From NCBI GenBank assembly GCA_963701965.1, contig OY969695.1, positions 1,120,001 through 1,184,000 on the forward strand: a stretch of 64,000 nucleotides of DNA, given 5' to 3'. Position 1 is the first letter of the stretch, and each line of letters opens with the position of its first letter. Both the position numbers and the translations under genes were made by a program. Shown in pieces: positions 12,410 through 22,900 of this stretch. Under the pieces are notes generated by a model. The model saw only the letters and a list, made by a program, of their open reading frames with translations, made no database searches and was not told where the DNA came from. Source of the DNA: an uncultured Gemmatimonadales bacterium (GTDB lineage Bacteria; Gemmatimonadota; Gemmatimonadetes; Gemmatimonadales; Gemmatimonadaceae).

Positions 12410-14224
12410 ATGCTTGACCGACGCGGGTTTCTGACGACGTGCTCCGGATTCGGCCTGAGCACCACGCTGTTTCCCGGCGCGCTGTGGACGCTGGCGCGCG
12501 ATCACGGTGCGGTCACCAAGGACATGATCGACCAAGCGTCGGTGATCGCCGACGTGGCGATCGCCCCCGACCATCGCAATGCCATGGTCGCGAGCCTGAA
12601 CCAGAACGTGAAGAGCTACGACGCGATCTATGCGCTGCACATGCCGAACGGCGTCGCGCCGGCGTTCAACTTCGATCCCACGCTGCCCTCGATGACGTTC
12701 GCGACCGGGAAACGCCCGATGCGGATGTCGGCGGCTCCGGCGCGGGGCGCGCCGAAGAACGTCGAGGACCTGTGCTTCGCGACAGTCCGCGAGCTGGCCG
12801 AGTTGGTGCGCACCCGCAAGGTCTCGTCGACCGCGCTCACCGAGATGTACCTGGCGCGACTCCAACGCCTCGACCCGACGCTGCACTGCGTCATCACGCT
12901 CACGGCCGATCGGGCCATGGCGCAGGCGAAAGAAGCGGATCGCGACATCGCCGCCGGCAAGTACCGCGGCCCGTTGCACGGCCTTCCCTGGGGCGCGAAA
13001 GACCTGCTGGCCGTGAAGGGGTATCCCACGACGTGGGGCGCCGGTGGCTTCGAGCATCGAATGATCGACCAGGACGCCACGGTCGTCACCCGGTTGGATC
13101 AAGCGGGCGCGGTGCTCATCGCCAAGCTCACGCTTGGCGCCCTGGCCCTCGGCGACCGTTGGTTCGGCGGCGTCACCCGCAACCCGTGGCGGACGGCACA
13201 AGGATCGAGCGGGTCCTCGGCCGGCCCGGCCTCGGCGACCGCCGCCGGATGCGTGGCGTTCTCCATCGGCTCGGAGACGCTCGGCTCCATCTCGTCGCCA
13301 TCGACACGCTGCGGTTGCACCGGACTCCGCCCGACGTTCGGCCGCGTGCCGCGCACGGGCGCCATGGCCCTCTCGTGGAGCATGGACAAGCTCGGACCGA
13401 TCTGCCGCTCGGTGGAAGACTGCGCCATCGTGCTCGATGCGATTCACGGGCCCGATGGCCACGACCGGACCGTGCATGCGGCAGCATTCAACTGGGACGG
13501 CACACTCGACGCGAAGACCCTGCGCGTCGGGTATCTCAAGAGCGACTTCGAGGGCGAGCCGCCTCAGATCCGGCTGTTCGCGCCCCCGGCCGCGGCGGAT
13601 ACGGCGGGCCGGCACCAGCAGGAAGTGGCGCGCGCCCACGCCGACTACGATCGGCGATTCGATACGGCGGCGTTGGCGCGCATCGGAAGCATGGGCATTA
13701 CCATGACGCCCGTCGAGCTGCCGCAGCTCCCGTGGCAGGCCATGACCAGCTTGCTCTCGGCGGAAGCCGCTGCCGCATTCGATGAGCTGACGCGGACCGG
13801 ACGCGACGCCCTGCTCACCGAGCAGTCACCGACCGACTGGCCGAACACGTTCCGCACGGCGCGATTCACGCCGGCCGTCGAGTACATCCAGGCCAATCGC
13901 GCCCGCATGCTGGCCATCGAAGCGATGGCCAAGGTCTTCGAGCACTACGACGTCATCGTCGCTCCCACGAGCTCCACGCAACTCGTCGTGACCAATCTCA
14001 CCGGTCATCCCGCCGTCATCGTACCCAATGGCCTGCGCGGCGACAATGCACCGGCCTACGATCCGCCGCCGGGCCCCGGCGCCTTCGGCGGGAACTGGGG
14101 CGGCCCCGGCACACCGGTGAGTCTCACGTTCCTGGGACCGCTCTACGGCGAGGCGAAGCTCCTGGCCTTCGCCCGCGCCTATCAAAACGAGACCGAATTC
14201 CACCTGAAATATCCGAAGATCTAG
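12410..14224 (+). CDS. Tat-exported amidase-signature family enzyme
   Basis: DRRGFL twin-arginine signal; GPLHGLPWGAKDL, GSSGSSAGPASA, IGSETLGSISSP (Lys-cisSer-Ser triad). Confidence 0.93.
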   Translation: MLDRRGFLTTCSGFGLSTTLFPGALWTLARDHGAVTKDMIDQASVIADVAIAPDHRNAMVASLNQNVKSYDAIYALHMPNGVAPAFNFDPTLPSMTFATGKRPMRMSAAPARGAPKNVEDLCFATVRELAELVRTRKVSSTALTEMYLARLQRLDPTLHCVITLTADRAMAQAKEADRDIAAGKYRGPLHGLPWGAKDLLAVKGYPTTWGAGGFEHRMIDQDATVVTRLDQAGAVLIAKLTLGALALGDRWFGGVTRNPWRTAQGSSGSSAGPASATAAGCVAFSIGSETLGSISSPSTRCGCTGLRPTFGRVPRTGAMALSWSMDKLGPICRSVEDCAIVLDAIHGPDGHDRTVHAAAFNWDGTLDAKTLRVGYLKSDFEGEPPQIRLFAPPAAADTAGRHQQEVARAHADYDRRFDTAALARIGSMGITMTPVELPQLPWQAMTSLLSAEAAAAFDELTRTGRDALLTEQSPTDWPNTFRTARFTPAVEYIQANRARMLAIEAMAKVFEHYDVIVAPTSSTQLVVTNLTGHPAVIVPNGLRGDNAPAYDPPPGPGAFGGNWGGPGTPVSLTFLGPLYGEAKLLAFARAYQNETEFHLKYPKI

Positions 14225-14349
14225 GGGCGCGGGGCCGATACGTGCCGCAACGCACTCACCCCGCCCGGGTGCGCATTCGCCCCACGACCCGCGCGGCGGG
14301 ACCATCGCTTGCGACAGCATTCTCCGACCAACATCCGGAGAGATTTGTC

Positions 14350-14739
14350 ATGCGCAGGTATATCGGGGTGGGACTTGCTACCTTGGCGACGAGCGCCCTG
14401 CTCGCGTGCGGTAGCAGCAGCAGTAGCGGCGCCACGGGTCCATCGGCTGGCTCGAGCACGACCATTATGGCCAGCTCGGTGACCACAGGCGGTGCGTACG
14501 GGTCGGGCGGGAACTACTTCTTCAGTCCGAACCCGGACTCGGTCGCCGTCGGCACGACCGTGACATTCCAATTCGGTAGCGTCGTACACAACGTCATGTT
14601 TGATGGCGCCGTGCCCGGCGCGCCAGCGAACATCCCCAACAGCTCGAACGCGAGCGTGACACGCACCTTCTCCACGGCCGGCACGTTCCCGTTCCACTGC
14701 AGCAATCACAACTTCAGCGGCACGTTGATCGTACACTAG
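14350..14739 (+). CDS. Cupredoxin (plastocyanin/amicyanin-like) lipoprotein
   Basis: Lipobox LLAC; FSP..VAVGTTVTF; HNV; GTFPFHCSNHNFSGTLIV. Confidence 0.85.
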   Translation: MRRYIGVGLATLATSALLACGSSSSSGATGPSAGSSTTIMASSVTTGGAYGSGGNYFFSPNPDSVAVGTTVTFQFGSVVHNVMFDGAVPGAPANIPNSSNASVTRTFSTAGTFPFHCSNHNFSGTLIVH

Positions 14740-14784
14740 CGGTCCGTACACCACGGGGTTGCAGGCGGTATTAGTGTTTTCCTG

Positions 14785-15177
14785 ATGGTGACAACTTCGC
14801 AGCCCCGCGCCGGGCGTTCGCCCCGGCGCGGTTTGCCCCTGATCGCGGTGGTCGCGCCCGCTATCGCGGCCGCGGCGCTCCTACTGCTCGCGGGATCGGC
14901 ATTCGGATATCGCGCCGGCGCCTGGTCGCCGGACACGGCGTCTTTCCTTCGCTCCGCCAGCGCGATCATGGGCCTGCTTGGGGCCGCGCTGTCCCTCCTC
15001 GCCGCCTGCCTGACGCGCCCGGGAACCATGCGGCGCGGATTCGGTCTCTCCATCCTGGGCGTCATTATCGGCGTGGGCGTGGTCGTTGCCGTGCTGGCGG
15101 AACGGACTGTGCGTGACCGTGGGCCTCGTGCAAACCCTGCTTCCACCTCAACAAACGCCCGCCCCCCAAGCCCCTAG
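14785..15177 (+). CDS. Three-TM membrane protein resembling only the N-terminal part of DUF1499 proteins; possibly truncated
   Basis: LLLLAGSAFGYRAGAWS...GLLGAALSLLA...LGVIIG; the tail overlaps mscS and looks non-conserved. Confidence 0.45.
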   Translation: MVTTSQPRAGRSPRRGLPLIAVVAPAIAAAALLLLAGSAFGYRAGAWSPDTASFLRSASAIMGLLGAALSLLAACLTRPGTMRRGFGLSILGVIIGVGVVVAVLAERTVRDRGPRANPASTSTNARPPSP

Positions 15178-16240
15178 CCCCTCGCTCCCGCCGATCGCGC
15201 GGGATGCCCGCCATATCCTCCGCGACTCGTTGAGCACGCTGCCGGTCCGCGCCGAACATTGGCTCGTGGACCTGGCCAACGGGTTCGTGCAACTGCTGCC
15301 CCGACTCCTCATCGCGCTGCTCGCCGCCGGGGCGGTCGTGCTGATCACCGTCTGGGTCCGGCTAGCGATTCGGCGCCGGAACGGTCAGGCGACCGCGACG
15401 CCGCCGTCGGTCGGACCACTCGGCGGCTTGGTGGCCGCCACGGTGGCGGCCACGATCCTCGGCGCGACGCGCCTGGCCGCGGCGATGCTGACGCTGGCGC
15501 TCTTCTGGGCCGCGGCCGTCGCCCTCCAGATCATCGGCGACCACGTCTTCCGCCTGCGCACGCACGTCGCGCCGGAAGCGGTGGACCTCGTGATCTCCGT
15601 GATGCGCGCGGCGCTGCTGACCCTCGGCGTCGTGGAGGCGCTGGCCGGGGTCGGCCTCAATCTCGGCGGCGTCATCGCCGGCCTGGGCATCATCGGGCTG
15701 GCGTTCGGGTTTGCCGCGCAGGACACGCTGGCCAATCTCATCGCGGGCTTCACGATTCTCTGGGACCGCCCGATCCGCGTGGGGGATTGGGTCCGGGTGG
15801 GCGACGGCGGGCTCATTGGCCATGTCGAGCGTCTGACGCTGCGCACCACGCGCATCCAGACCGCGCACAATGGCTTGCTCATCATTCCGAACAAAGACAT
15901 CACGGGCGCGCGACTCTACAATTTCTCCCAAAGCGCGGGGGCCGCGTTGCGTATCGCGGTTGGTATCCCGCCCGATGCCGATATCGACCGCGCCCGCGCG
16001 GTGCTGGTGCAGGCGGCCCGCGACGAGCGCGCCGACCCGGCGCGCCCGCCGATCGCCACGGTCGTCGCGGCCGGTGATGCGGCCGTGACCTTGGAACTGG
16101 TCGTCGCCGTACGGGACGTCGGGAACTCGCGCGACTTTCGGTCGGACCTGATGGAGCGCGTGGTCGCCACGTTCCGCGGGGCCGGTATCAAGCTCCTGGC
16201 CGGCCAGGCGCCCGCCGACGCCGAACGGGGCGCCGGATGA
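15113..16240 (+). CDS. mscS: Small-conductance mechanosensitive channel
   Basis: GLGIIGLAFGFAAQDTLANLIAG...DRPIRVGDWV...GHVERLTLRTTRI...IIPN. Confidence 0.92.
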   Translation: MTVGLVQTLLPPQQTPAPQAPSPSLPPIARDARHILRDSLSTLPVRAEHWLVDLANGFVQLLPRLLIALLAAGAVVLITVWVRLAIRRRNGQATATPPSVGPLGGLVAATVAATILGATRLAAAMLTLALFWAAAVALQIIGDHVFRLRTHVAPEAVDLVISVMRAALLTLGVVEALAGVGLNLGGVIAGLGIIGLAFGFAAQDTLANLIAGFTILWDRPIRVGDWVRVGDGGLIGHVERLTLRTTRIQTAHNGLLIIPNKDITGARLYNFSQSAGAALRIAVGIPPDADIDRARAVLVQAARDERADPARPPIATVVAAGDAAVTLELVVAVRDVGNSRDFRSDLMERVVATFRGAGIKLLAGQAPADAERGAG

Positions 16241-16252
16241 CCGACGCGCGGG

Positions 16253-17173
16253 TCAACACGGCTTGAGCACGATCTTGCCGTGGGTGTGGCGATGCTCCAA
16301 CTCGCGGAACGCATCGCGAACCTCGTCGAGGCAATACACGCGGGCGATCGGGATCTCGAGGCGACCTTGGTCGATCAGGGCCGCGAGCGATCCCATCACT
16401 TCGGCGGTCGCCGCCGCGGCGTTGCCGTCGGTCTTGACGTGGTGTTGCCGGGCGGCGTCGAAATCAATGATCGTGTCAATGCGCTCGGGGCGGACGCCGA
16501 GGGCCAGCGCGAGATCGACATACCCGCCGCCGAAGGTATCGATGAAGGCGTCAATGCGGCCGCCGGCGGCTTCGCGAATGCGCTCGGCCACGCCGTTGCC
16601 GTAGGCGACGGGTATCGCGCCGTGTTGGGCCAACCAACGGTGATTGGGCTCGCTGGCCAGGCCAATGACTTTCGCGCCGGCCATCGCGGCCAACTGGACG
16701 GCGACGGAGCCGACGCCACCCGCGGCGCCCGACACCACGAGAGTCTCACCGACGCGCGGCGCCACGGCGCGCACGGCGGCGTAGGCCGACGTGCCCACGA
16801 CGAAGAGCGCACCCGCCTGTTCCCACGACACGTTGGGCGGACAATGGATGAGATCCTCGGCGTCGACCACGACGAGCTCGGCATGGCTCGCGCGTTCATT
16901 GGTGAAGCCAATGACTTCCTCGCCCACGACAACGTTGTCGACGTCGTCGCCGATCTCCTGGACTACGCCGGCGAGATCGCTACCCTCGCCTGAGGGGAAC
17001 GTCGTAGGCCATCTATCGGCGAACGCGCCGGACCGGATCGCGGCTTCGCCGGGATTGATGCCGGCGGCCGTCACCCGCACGAGCACTTGCTTCGGTCCGG
17101 GAACCGGCTTGTCGACATCGACCACGTGCAACACCTCGACGCCACCATAGTTGTCAAATTGCACCGCGCGCAT
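16253..17173 (-). CDS. NADP-dependent oxidoreductase (MDR/quinone oxidoreductase family)
   Basis: VLVRVTAAGINPGE, GSDLAGVV, SGAAGGVG, HTHGKIVL. Confidence 0.92.
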   Translation of the reverse strand: MRAVQFDNYGGVEVLHVVDVDKPVPGPKQVLVRVTAAGINPGEAAIRSGAFADRWPTTFPSGEGSDLAGVVQEIGDDVDNVVVGEEVIGFTNERASHAELVVVDAEDLIHCPPNVSWEQAGALFVVGTSAYAAVRAVAPRVGETLVVSGAAGGVGSVAVQLAAMAGAKVIGLASEPNHRWLAQHGAIPVAYGNGVAERIREAAGGRIDAFIDTFGGGYVDLALALGVRPERIDTIIDFDAARQHHVKTDGNAAAATAEVMGSLAALIDQGRLEIPIARVYCLDEVRDAFRELEHRHTHGKIVLKPC

Positions 17174-17197
17174 GATCCGCTCCTGCCTGGTTGGGAG

Positions 17198-17449
17198 CTA
17201 TCGAGCCATTGCGAATCCCAGACCAATGAAGAGCAGCACGAGAGCGGCGATCCCGCTCATTCTATAGTCGCGCTCGCGGAGAAACGCGACCAGCATGAGG
17301 GTGACGCGGGCAACGGGCAACAGGATGAAGAGCACGATCCCCGCGGTCGCGATCCGCCCGCGCCCCAACGCGAGTCCCAACGCGACGACCGTCGACGCGA
17401 GCCACGTGCCCGAGGACAGAAGGGACGCCAGCCGGCTTTCCAGTCTCAT
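17198..17449 (-). CDS. DUF1634-like small membrane protein
   Basis: GIVLFILLPVARV...FLRERDY; directly downstream of TauE. Confidence 0.8.
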   Translation of the reverse strand: MRLESRLASLLSSGTWLASTVVALGLALGRGRIATAGIVLFILLPVARVTLMLVAFLRERDYRMSGIAALVLLFIGLGFAMAR

Positions 17450-17456
17450 GTCGCGC

Positions 17457-18290
17457 TCAGGCCGCGCTCACGATCATTTGGGTCGCGAGCGCGACGAGGA
17501 TGACGATAAAGAGCAGGCGCAACCGCTCGTTCGGGACGCGTACGAGCGCGCGGGCCCCGAGCACCGCCCCAATGACTGAGCCCAGCGCGACCGGGCCGGC
17601 AATGGATGTGACAATGTCACCGCGCAGGAAATAGACTCCGGCACTGGCTGCCGCCGTCACCCCGATCATGAAGTTCGATGTCGCCGACGACACTTTGATG
17701 GGGAGACGCAGTGCGGTATCCATCGCGGGGATCTTGAGCACGCCACTGCCGATCCCCAGGAGCGCCGAGATGCAGCCGGCGCCAAACATGAGCGCGAGAC
17801 CCAGCGGGACCCGCCGCACCTGGTACGCCACGTCCTGTCCCAGCACGCGATCAGGGTAGCTCGCATCGAGGCGTAAGGCGTCCCAACGCCCGGCTTCCGG
17901 CGCGGGACCGCGGACAGCCGCGTCGCCGCGCCGGGCGAACATCTGCTGCGCCGACACGAGCAGTACGGCGGCGAACAGGAAGAAGAGGGCGCGCGACGGG
18001 AGTAAGCCCGCCAGCAGCACACCGCTCAACGCACCCAGCGTCGTCGCGGTCTCCAGCACGAGTGCCAGACGGACGTTGGTGAGACGATCGCGGAGAAACG
18101 ATGCGGCGCTGCCGCACGAGCAGGCGATCACGGACACAATGCTGGCGCCCACCGCAATGCGGATATCGACGTGCCCGAATATCGTGAGGACCGGTACGAT
18201 GAAGATCCCCCCGGCCATACCGAGCATGCCGCCGAGCGCGCTCGCGCCGACCGCCACGGCGAACAGCCACAGGCCGAATCCCGGCGTCAC
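17457..18290 (-). CDS. TauE/SafE (TSUP) family exporter
   Basis: GGMLGMAGGIFIVP; ALLGIGSGVLKIPAMD; VSSATSNFMIGVTAAAS. Confidence 0.92.
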   Translation of the reverse strand: MTPGFGLWLFAVAVGASALGGMLGMAGGIFIVPVLTIFGHVDIRIAVGASIVSVIACSCGSAASFLRDRLTNVRLALVLETATTLGALSGVLLAGLLPSRALFFLFAAVLLVSAQQMFARRGDAAVRGPAPEAGRWDALRLDASYPDRVLGQDVAYQVRRVPLGLALMFGAGCISALLGIGSGVLKIPAMDTALRLPIKVSSATSNFMIGVTAAASAGVYFLRGDIVTSIAGPVALGSVIGAVLGARALVRVPNERLRLLFIVILVALATQMIVSAA

Positions 18291-19027
18291 GTTCCGGTGC
18301 GCCGGGCCAGGCGCGTCACGAATCGGATCTGATCGCCCCGGTAGTGCAACATCTCGTAGTCGACCGGTCGACGTCCGGGGCCGTAGGATGTGCGCTCGAT
18401 CCGAAAGATCGGACTGCCCGCATCGATACCCAGCGCCCTCGCGATCGCCGGCTCCGCGAGCGCCGCTTCCAGCCGATACTCGGCCTCGACGAGGCGCACA
18501 TCGTGATGCTGCTCGAGGAGCGCGAAGATCGGATGCGTCGCCAAGTCGTGCGCGATGACCTTGTCCCCGATGTCGCGCGGGAGGTACGTCTCGTCGAACG
18601 ACAGCGGCACACCGTCGGCGAGCCGGACCCGTTCGATCCGCACCACGGGCGTGCCCGCGACCAACCGGAGTTGCCGGGCGACGGTTTCGCTCGCGGCGAC
18701 GATCCCGGTCCCGAGCACGCGAGCCGTCGGCCGACGCCCCAACGCCTGCATGTCTTCGACAAAGCCCGTGAGCTCAGTGAGCTCCTGCGTGATCTTCGGC
18801 TCCGTGACGAACGTGCCTTTGCCCCGGCGGATCTCGACGAGCCCGCGGTCGGCCAGGACTTGGATCGTCTTGCGGACCGTGGTGCGGCTGACGCCGAAGC
18901 GCTCGATGAGCTCGTCCTCCGACGGCAGGCGACTGCCGAGGGGCATCGACCCATCGGCAATGCCTTCCGTGAGCGCCGTTTCGACCTGGGCGTAAAGCGG
19001 GAGCCGGCTATCGCGATCGATCACCAT
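18287..19027 (-). CDS. GntR-family transcriptional regulator (HutC/UTRA subfamily)
   Basis: RLPSEDELIERFGVSRTTVRK...GKGTFV; C-terminal UTRA domain. Confidence 0.95.
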   Translation of the reverse strand: MVIDRDSRLPLYAQVETALTEGIADGSMPLGSRLPSEDELIERFGVSRTTVRKTIQVLADRGLVEIRRGKGTFVTEPKITQELTELTGFVEDMQALGRRPTARVLGTGIVAASETVARQLRLVAGTPVVRIERVRLADGVPLSFDETYLPRDIGDKVIAHDLATHPIFALLEQHHDVRLVEAEYRLEAALAEPAIARALGIDAGSPIFRIERTSYGPGRRPVDYEMLHYRGDQIRFVTRLARRTGT

Positions 19028-19031
19028 CCAT

Positions 19032-19062
19032 GATATAATGACATCATCAATGTCATTATATC
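19032..19062. promoter_or_regulatory. Perfect 13-bp inverted repeat GATATAATGACAT-N5-ATGTCATTATATC; likely GntR autoregulatory operator
   Basis: AT-rich palindrome 5 nt upstream of the GntR start; each arm contains TATAAT. Confidence 0.75.
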
Positions 19063-19133
19063 CACTGTGCTAACGTTTACACCTCAGCCGGCGTCACCCC
19101 AATAGACAAGGGAAACCGCTCCCCGCGCCCGGG

Positions 19134-19406
19134 ATGGAGGCAGATCTCGGCCACGTGTTGATCGGGACCACGAGCGGGTCAGCCTTGGAGCTGGAAAACG
19201 CCTACGTCGCGCACGACACGGTGACCGCCGAGGAGCGCGTCCACAAAGACATCCCGCTCGTCCCCGTCGCGTTCCCCCTGCGCAATGTGACGTCGCTTCA
19301 ACGCGGCGGGTTGAACGTGACCGCGACGGTGCTCAGCGCGGCATTTCTCGCCGCCACGATCACGACGTTCGATCTGGTGGCGCGGAACGGCTTTCGCCAT
19401 CCGTGA
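19134..19406 (+). CDS. Hypothetical protein with a C-terminal hydrophobic segment; possibly N-truncated
   Basis: ORF fills the gap; beta-rich sequence then TATVLSAAFLAATI. Confidence 0.4.
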   Translation: MEADLGHVLIGTTSGSALELENAYVAHDTVTAEERVHKDIPLVPVAFPLRNVTSLQRGGLNVTATVLSAAFLAATITTFDLVARNGFRHP

Positions 19407-19824
19407 CGGACTCGAACAACACGGCCTGGGCGCCTTCCCAAAGCGCCCGGCGCCCGATCTCCGCCAAGGCCCCGACGTCGTCACGGATCGTCAGGAAATG
19501 GGTCCCGTGGAGCGGTCCGGTCTTGGCGGCGAATCGAGTGCGGCCATAGGGGATTAGGATTTCCGTCTCGCTGACGCCACCGGGATACAGCAGGATCTGA
19601 CCCGGCTCGGGCTCGTGTACCGGGTGCTCGAGACGCTGGTCGACGCCGATATCGAGATCGCCGAGTGGCACCCACGTCGCTTCCCCGCTCCACCGCACGT
19701 GCAGCAGCGTCGCCCGGAGCGGCAAGAGCCGCTCGAAGGAGGCGCACGTCGCGGGCGCGCGGTCGTATTCCAGTCTTCCCGCCAGAATCGTCTGGCCGAC
19801 GGTCACGCGAAGATTCAAAGCCAT
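19360..19824 (-). CDS. DUF3830 family (cyclophilin-like fold) protein
   Basis: APATCASF..LLP...HVRWSGEATWVP...PGQILLYPGGVSETEILIPYG...G..LWEGAQ. Confidence 0.85.
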   Translation of the reverse strand: MALNLRVTVGQTILAGRLEYDRAPATCASFERLLPLRATLLHVRWSGEATWVPLGDLDIGVDQRLEHPVHEPEPGQILLYPGGVSETEILIPYGRTRFAAKTGPLHGTHFLTIRDDVGALAEIGRRALWEGAQAVLFESVTDGESRSAPPDRTS

Positions 19825-19958
19825 AACCAGTTGGAATGGGACAATGAGGCAATTTCGAATTGTGCGGGGCACTCCGGGCTATGTAATCTCCAATGGTGCG
19901 GCGCCGCAAGCCGGGGCCGTTCGTACACCTTTGTCTCCTCTGGCCGCTTTTGCCCGCC

Positions 19959-22900
19959 ATGGTGCGTTTTGCGCTCCGCCAACCGTACACGGTCGCCGTC
20001 GCGTGCGGCGTGTTGCTGCTCATGGCGGTGCTTGCCGGCCAGCGGATGGCGGTCGACATCTTCCCGCTGATCGACATTCCGGTCGTCGCCGTCGTCTGGA
20101 CGTATCCGGGGATGATGCCAAGGGACATGGAGAGCCGCGTCGTCCTGCTCAGCGAGCGCAACCTCTCCTCGACGGTCGACGGCATCTCCCGTATCGAGTC
20201 GCAGTCGGAAACCGGTGTCGGGCTGGTCAAGATCTTTTTCCAACCTGGCACCAATATCGGCAATGCGATCGCGCAGATCGTCTCGTCGTCGCAGACGGCG
20301 ATCAAGGCGATGCCGCCGGGCATCACGCCGCCCTACGTTGTCCAGTCCAACGCCTCGAACGTCCCTGTCGCGCAGCTCACGCTGACATCCGAGACGATGC
20401 CCGAGCAGAACATCGCGGACTACGGGCAGAATTTCATCCGCCTGCGGTTGTTCACGATCCCGGGTCTGGCGACGCCGCAGCCGTATGGCGGCAAGACCCG
20501 GGAGATCACGATCGACGTCGACCCGGCGGCGTTGAACAGCAAAGGCCTGGCGGCGACCGACGTCCTCGCGGCGCTGCAGCAATCGAACATTATCCTCCCC
20601 GCCGGCACGGCCCGCATCGGCACGCGCGAGTACGACGTCGCGATGAACTCCAGTCCTTCGAGCATCGAGGCGTTCAATCAGATCCCCATCAAAGTGGTGA
20701 ACGGCGCCGTCGTGTCTGTCGGCGACGTGGCCCGTGTGCGCAATGGGTTCGCCGAGCAAACGAATATCGTGCGCGTGGACGGACGGCGCGCCGCCTATCT
20801 GACGATCCTCAAGAAAGCCGACGCGTCCACGCTCGCCGTTGTCGAAGCCACAAAGCAGATGATCCCCGAGATCCGGAGTGTGGCGCCCGCGGGCTTCAAC
20901 CTCCGGCTCGACTTCGACCAGTCGCGGTTTGTGCGCGCGGCGATCAGCGGCGTCATGCACGAAGCGATCACGTCGGCGGTGCTCGTCGCGCTCATGATCC
21001 TCGCCTTCCTCGGCAGTTGGCGCAGCGTGCTCATCGCCTGCATCTCGATCCCGCTGGCCATGGCGACATCGGTGATCGGACTGAATGCCACGGGCAACTC
21101 CTTCAACATCATGACGTTGGGCGGGCTGTCGCTTTCGATCGGGCTGTTGGTGGACAACGCCATCGTCACCATCGAGAATGTCCACCGCAATCGGGCCATG
21201 GGCAAACCGCTCACGGTCGCGATCCTCGACGCGCTGCAACAGATCGCCACCCCGGCGATCGTCGCGACGCTGGCCGTCTGCGTCGTGTTCTTCCCGGTGG
21301 TGCTGCTGGAGGGCCCGGCGCGGTTTCTGTTCATCCCGATCGCGCTCGCGGTCGTGATCGCGATGCTCGCCTCCTATGTCCTGTCCCGCACGCTCGTGCC
21401 AACGCTATCCCGCATGATGTTGGGCGCCGAGCCGGTGCACGATCCCGAGGGCGTCGATACGGGCGACGGCGTCGCGCATCCGCCGCCGCTCGCCGCCGAG
21501 GCCGGCCCGCTGGCGCGTTTCGGCCACGCGTTCAACAACACCCGCGATCACTATTTCGCGCGTTTCCAGAACGCGTACGCGCGTGTCCTGACGGTGCTCA
21601 TTCTGCATCGCCGATTTACGCTAGGCGTGTTTGGCGCCATCTTGGTCGCGAGCCTGGGATTGTTCGGCGTGACCGGCCAGGATTTCTTTCCGTCGACGGA
21701 CGCCGGCATCATGAAGCTCCACTATCGCGCGCCGTCCGGAACGCGGATCGAGCAGACCGAGGCACTGGTGAGCCAGATCGAGCGACGCATTCGCCAGCTC
21801 GTGCCGGCGGCCGAGTTGGCGACCATCAACTCGACGATCGGGATTCCCGGCTCGCTCAATCTGGCGTTCGTCCCCACGAACAACGCCAGCGGCATGGATG
21901 CCGAGATTCTCGTCGCCCTCAAGCCCGGGCATCGTCCCACGGAGGGCTACGTCCGGGAGCTCCGGACCACCCTGAATCGGGAGTTTCCCGGCTCGACGGT
22001 GTACTTTCAGACGGCCGATATCGTCGGCCAGGTGCTCAACTTCGGCCTGCCGGCGCCCATCGACGTCCAGATCCAGTATCCCGACCTCGATCGCGCCTAC
22101 GCCATGGCGCGCACCCTGCGGGACCGGATGCGCGAGGTGCCGGGGGCGGCGGACGTGACGATCAAGCAGGTCCTCGACTATCCGACGCTCTTCCTCGAGG
22201 TGGATCGCCAGCGGGCCGCGGAACTCGGGATCACGCAACGCGATGCGGCGAGCAGCATGCTGATCTCTCTGGCGTCGAGCGGCCTCGTCTCCCCGTCGTA
22301 TTTCGTCAATCCCGCGAACCAGGTCAACTACCTGGTGGCCGTCGAAGTGCCGCTGCCCAAGATGACATCGACGGCGGACGTGCTGGCGACGCCCGTCACG
22401 GCTGCCGGTCGTCTGACGCAGAGCGTCCCCGCGTGGGCAGCGACCAACCCTCAGCCCCGGGCGCCGGTACAGACGCTCGACAATATCGCGCACATGACGA
22501 CCACCGCGCAGCCGGCCGAGATCGATCACTATACGGTCGCGCGCGTGCTCGACATCACGGCCAACGTCGAGGGGCGCGACCTGGGGTCCGTCGTCGACGG
22601 CGTGCAACGCACCGTATCAGCGCTCGGCACGCTGCCCGCCGGCATGCACGTCACCGTGCGCGGCCAGGGCACCGTCATGCACCAGGCGTTCAGCAGCTTG
22701 GGGCTGGGATTCGTGGTCGCCGTCGTGCTGGTGTTCGCCCTCATGGCGGTCCTCTTCCAATCGTGGATCGACCCGTTGATCATCATGGGCACCGTCCCCG
22801 GCGCCGTCGTCGGCATTCTGTGGATGTTGGTCGCGACCGGAACGACGATCAACATCGAATCACTGCTCGGCGCGATCATGGCGGTAGGCATTGCCGTCGC

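Noticed and set aside
12410..14224. gatA
   Set aside because: Tat signal present and no gatB/gatC; a generic amidase
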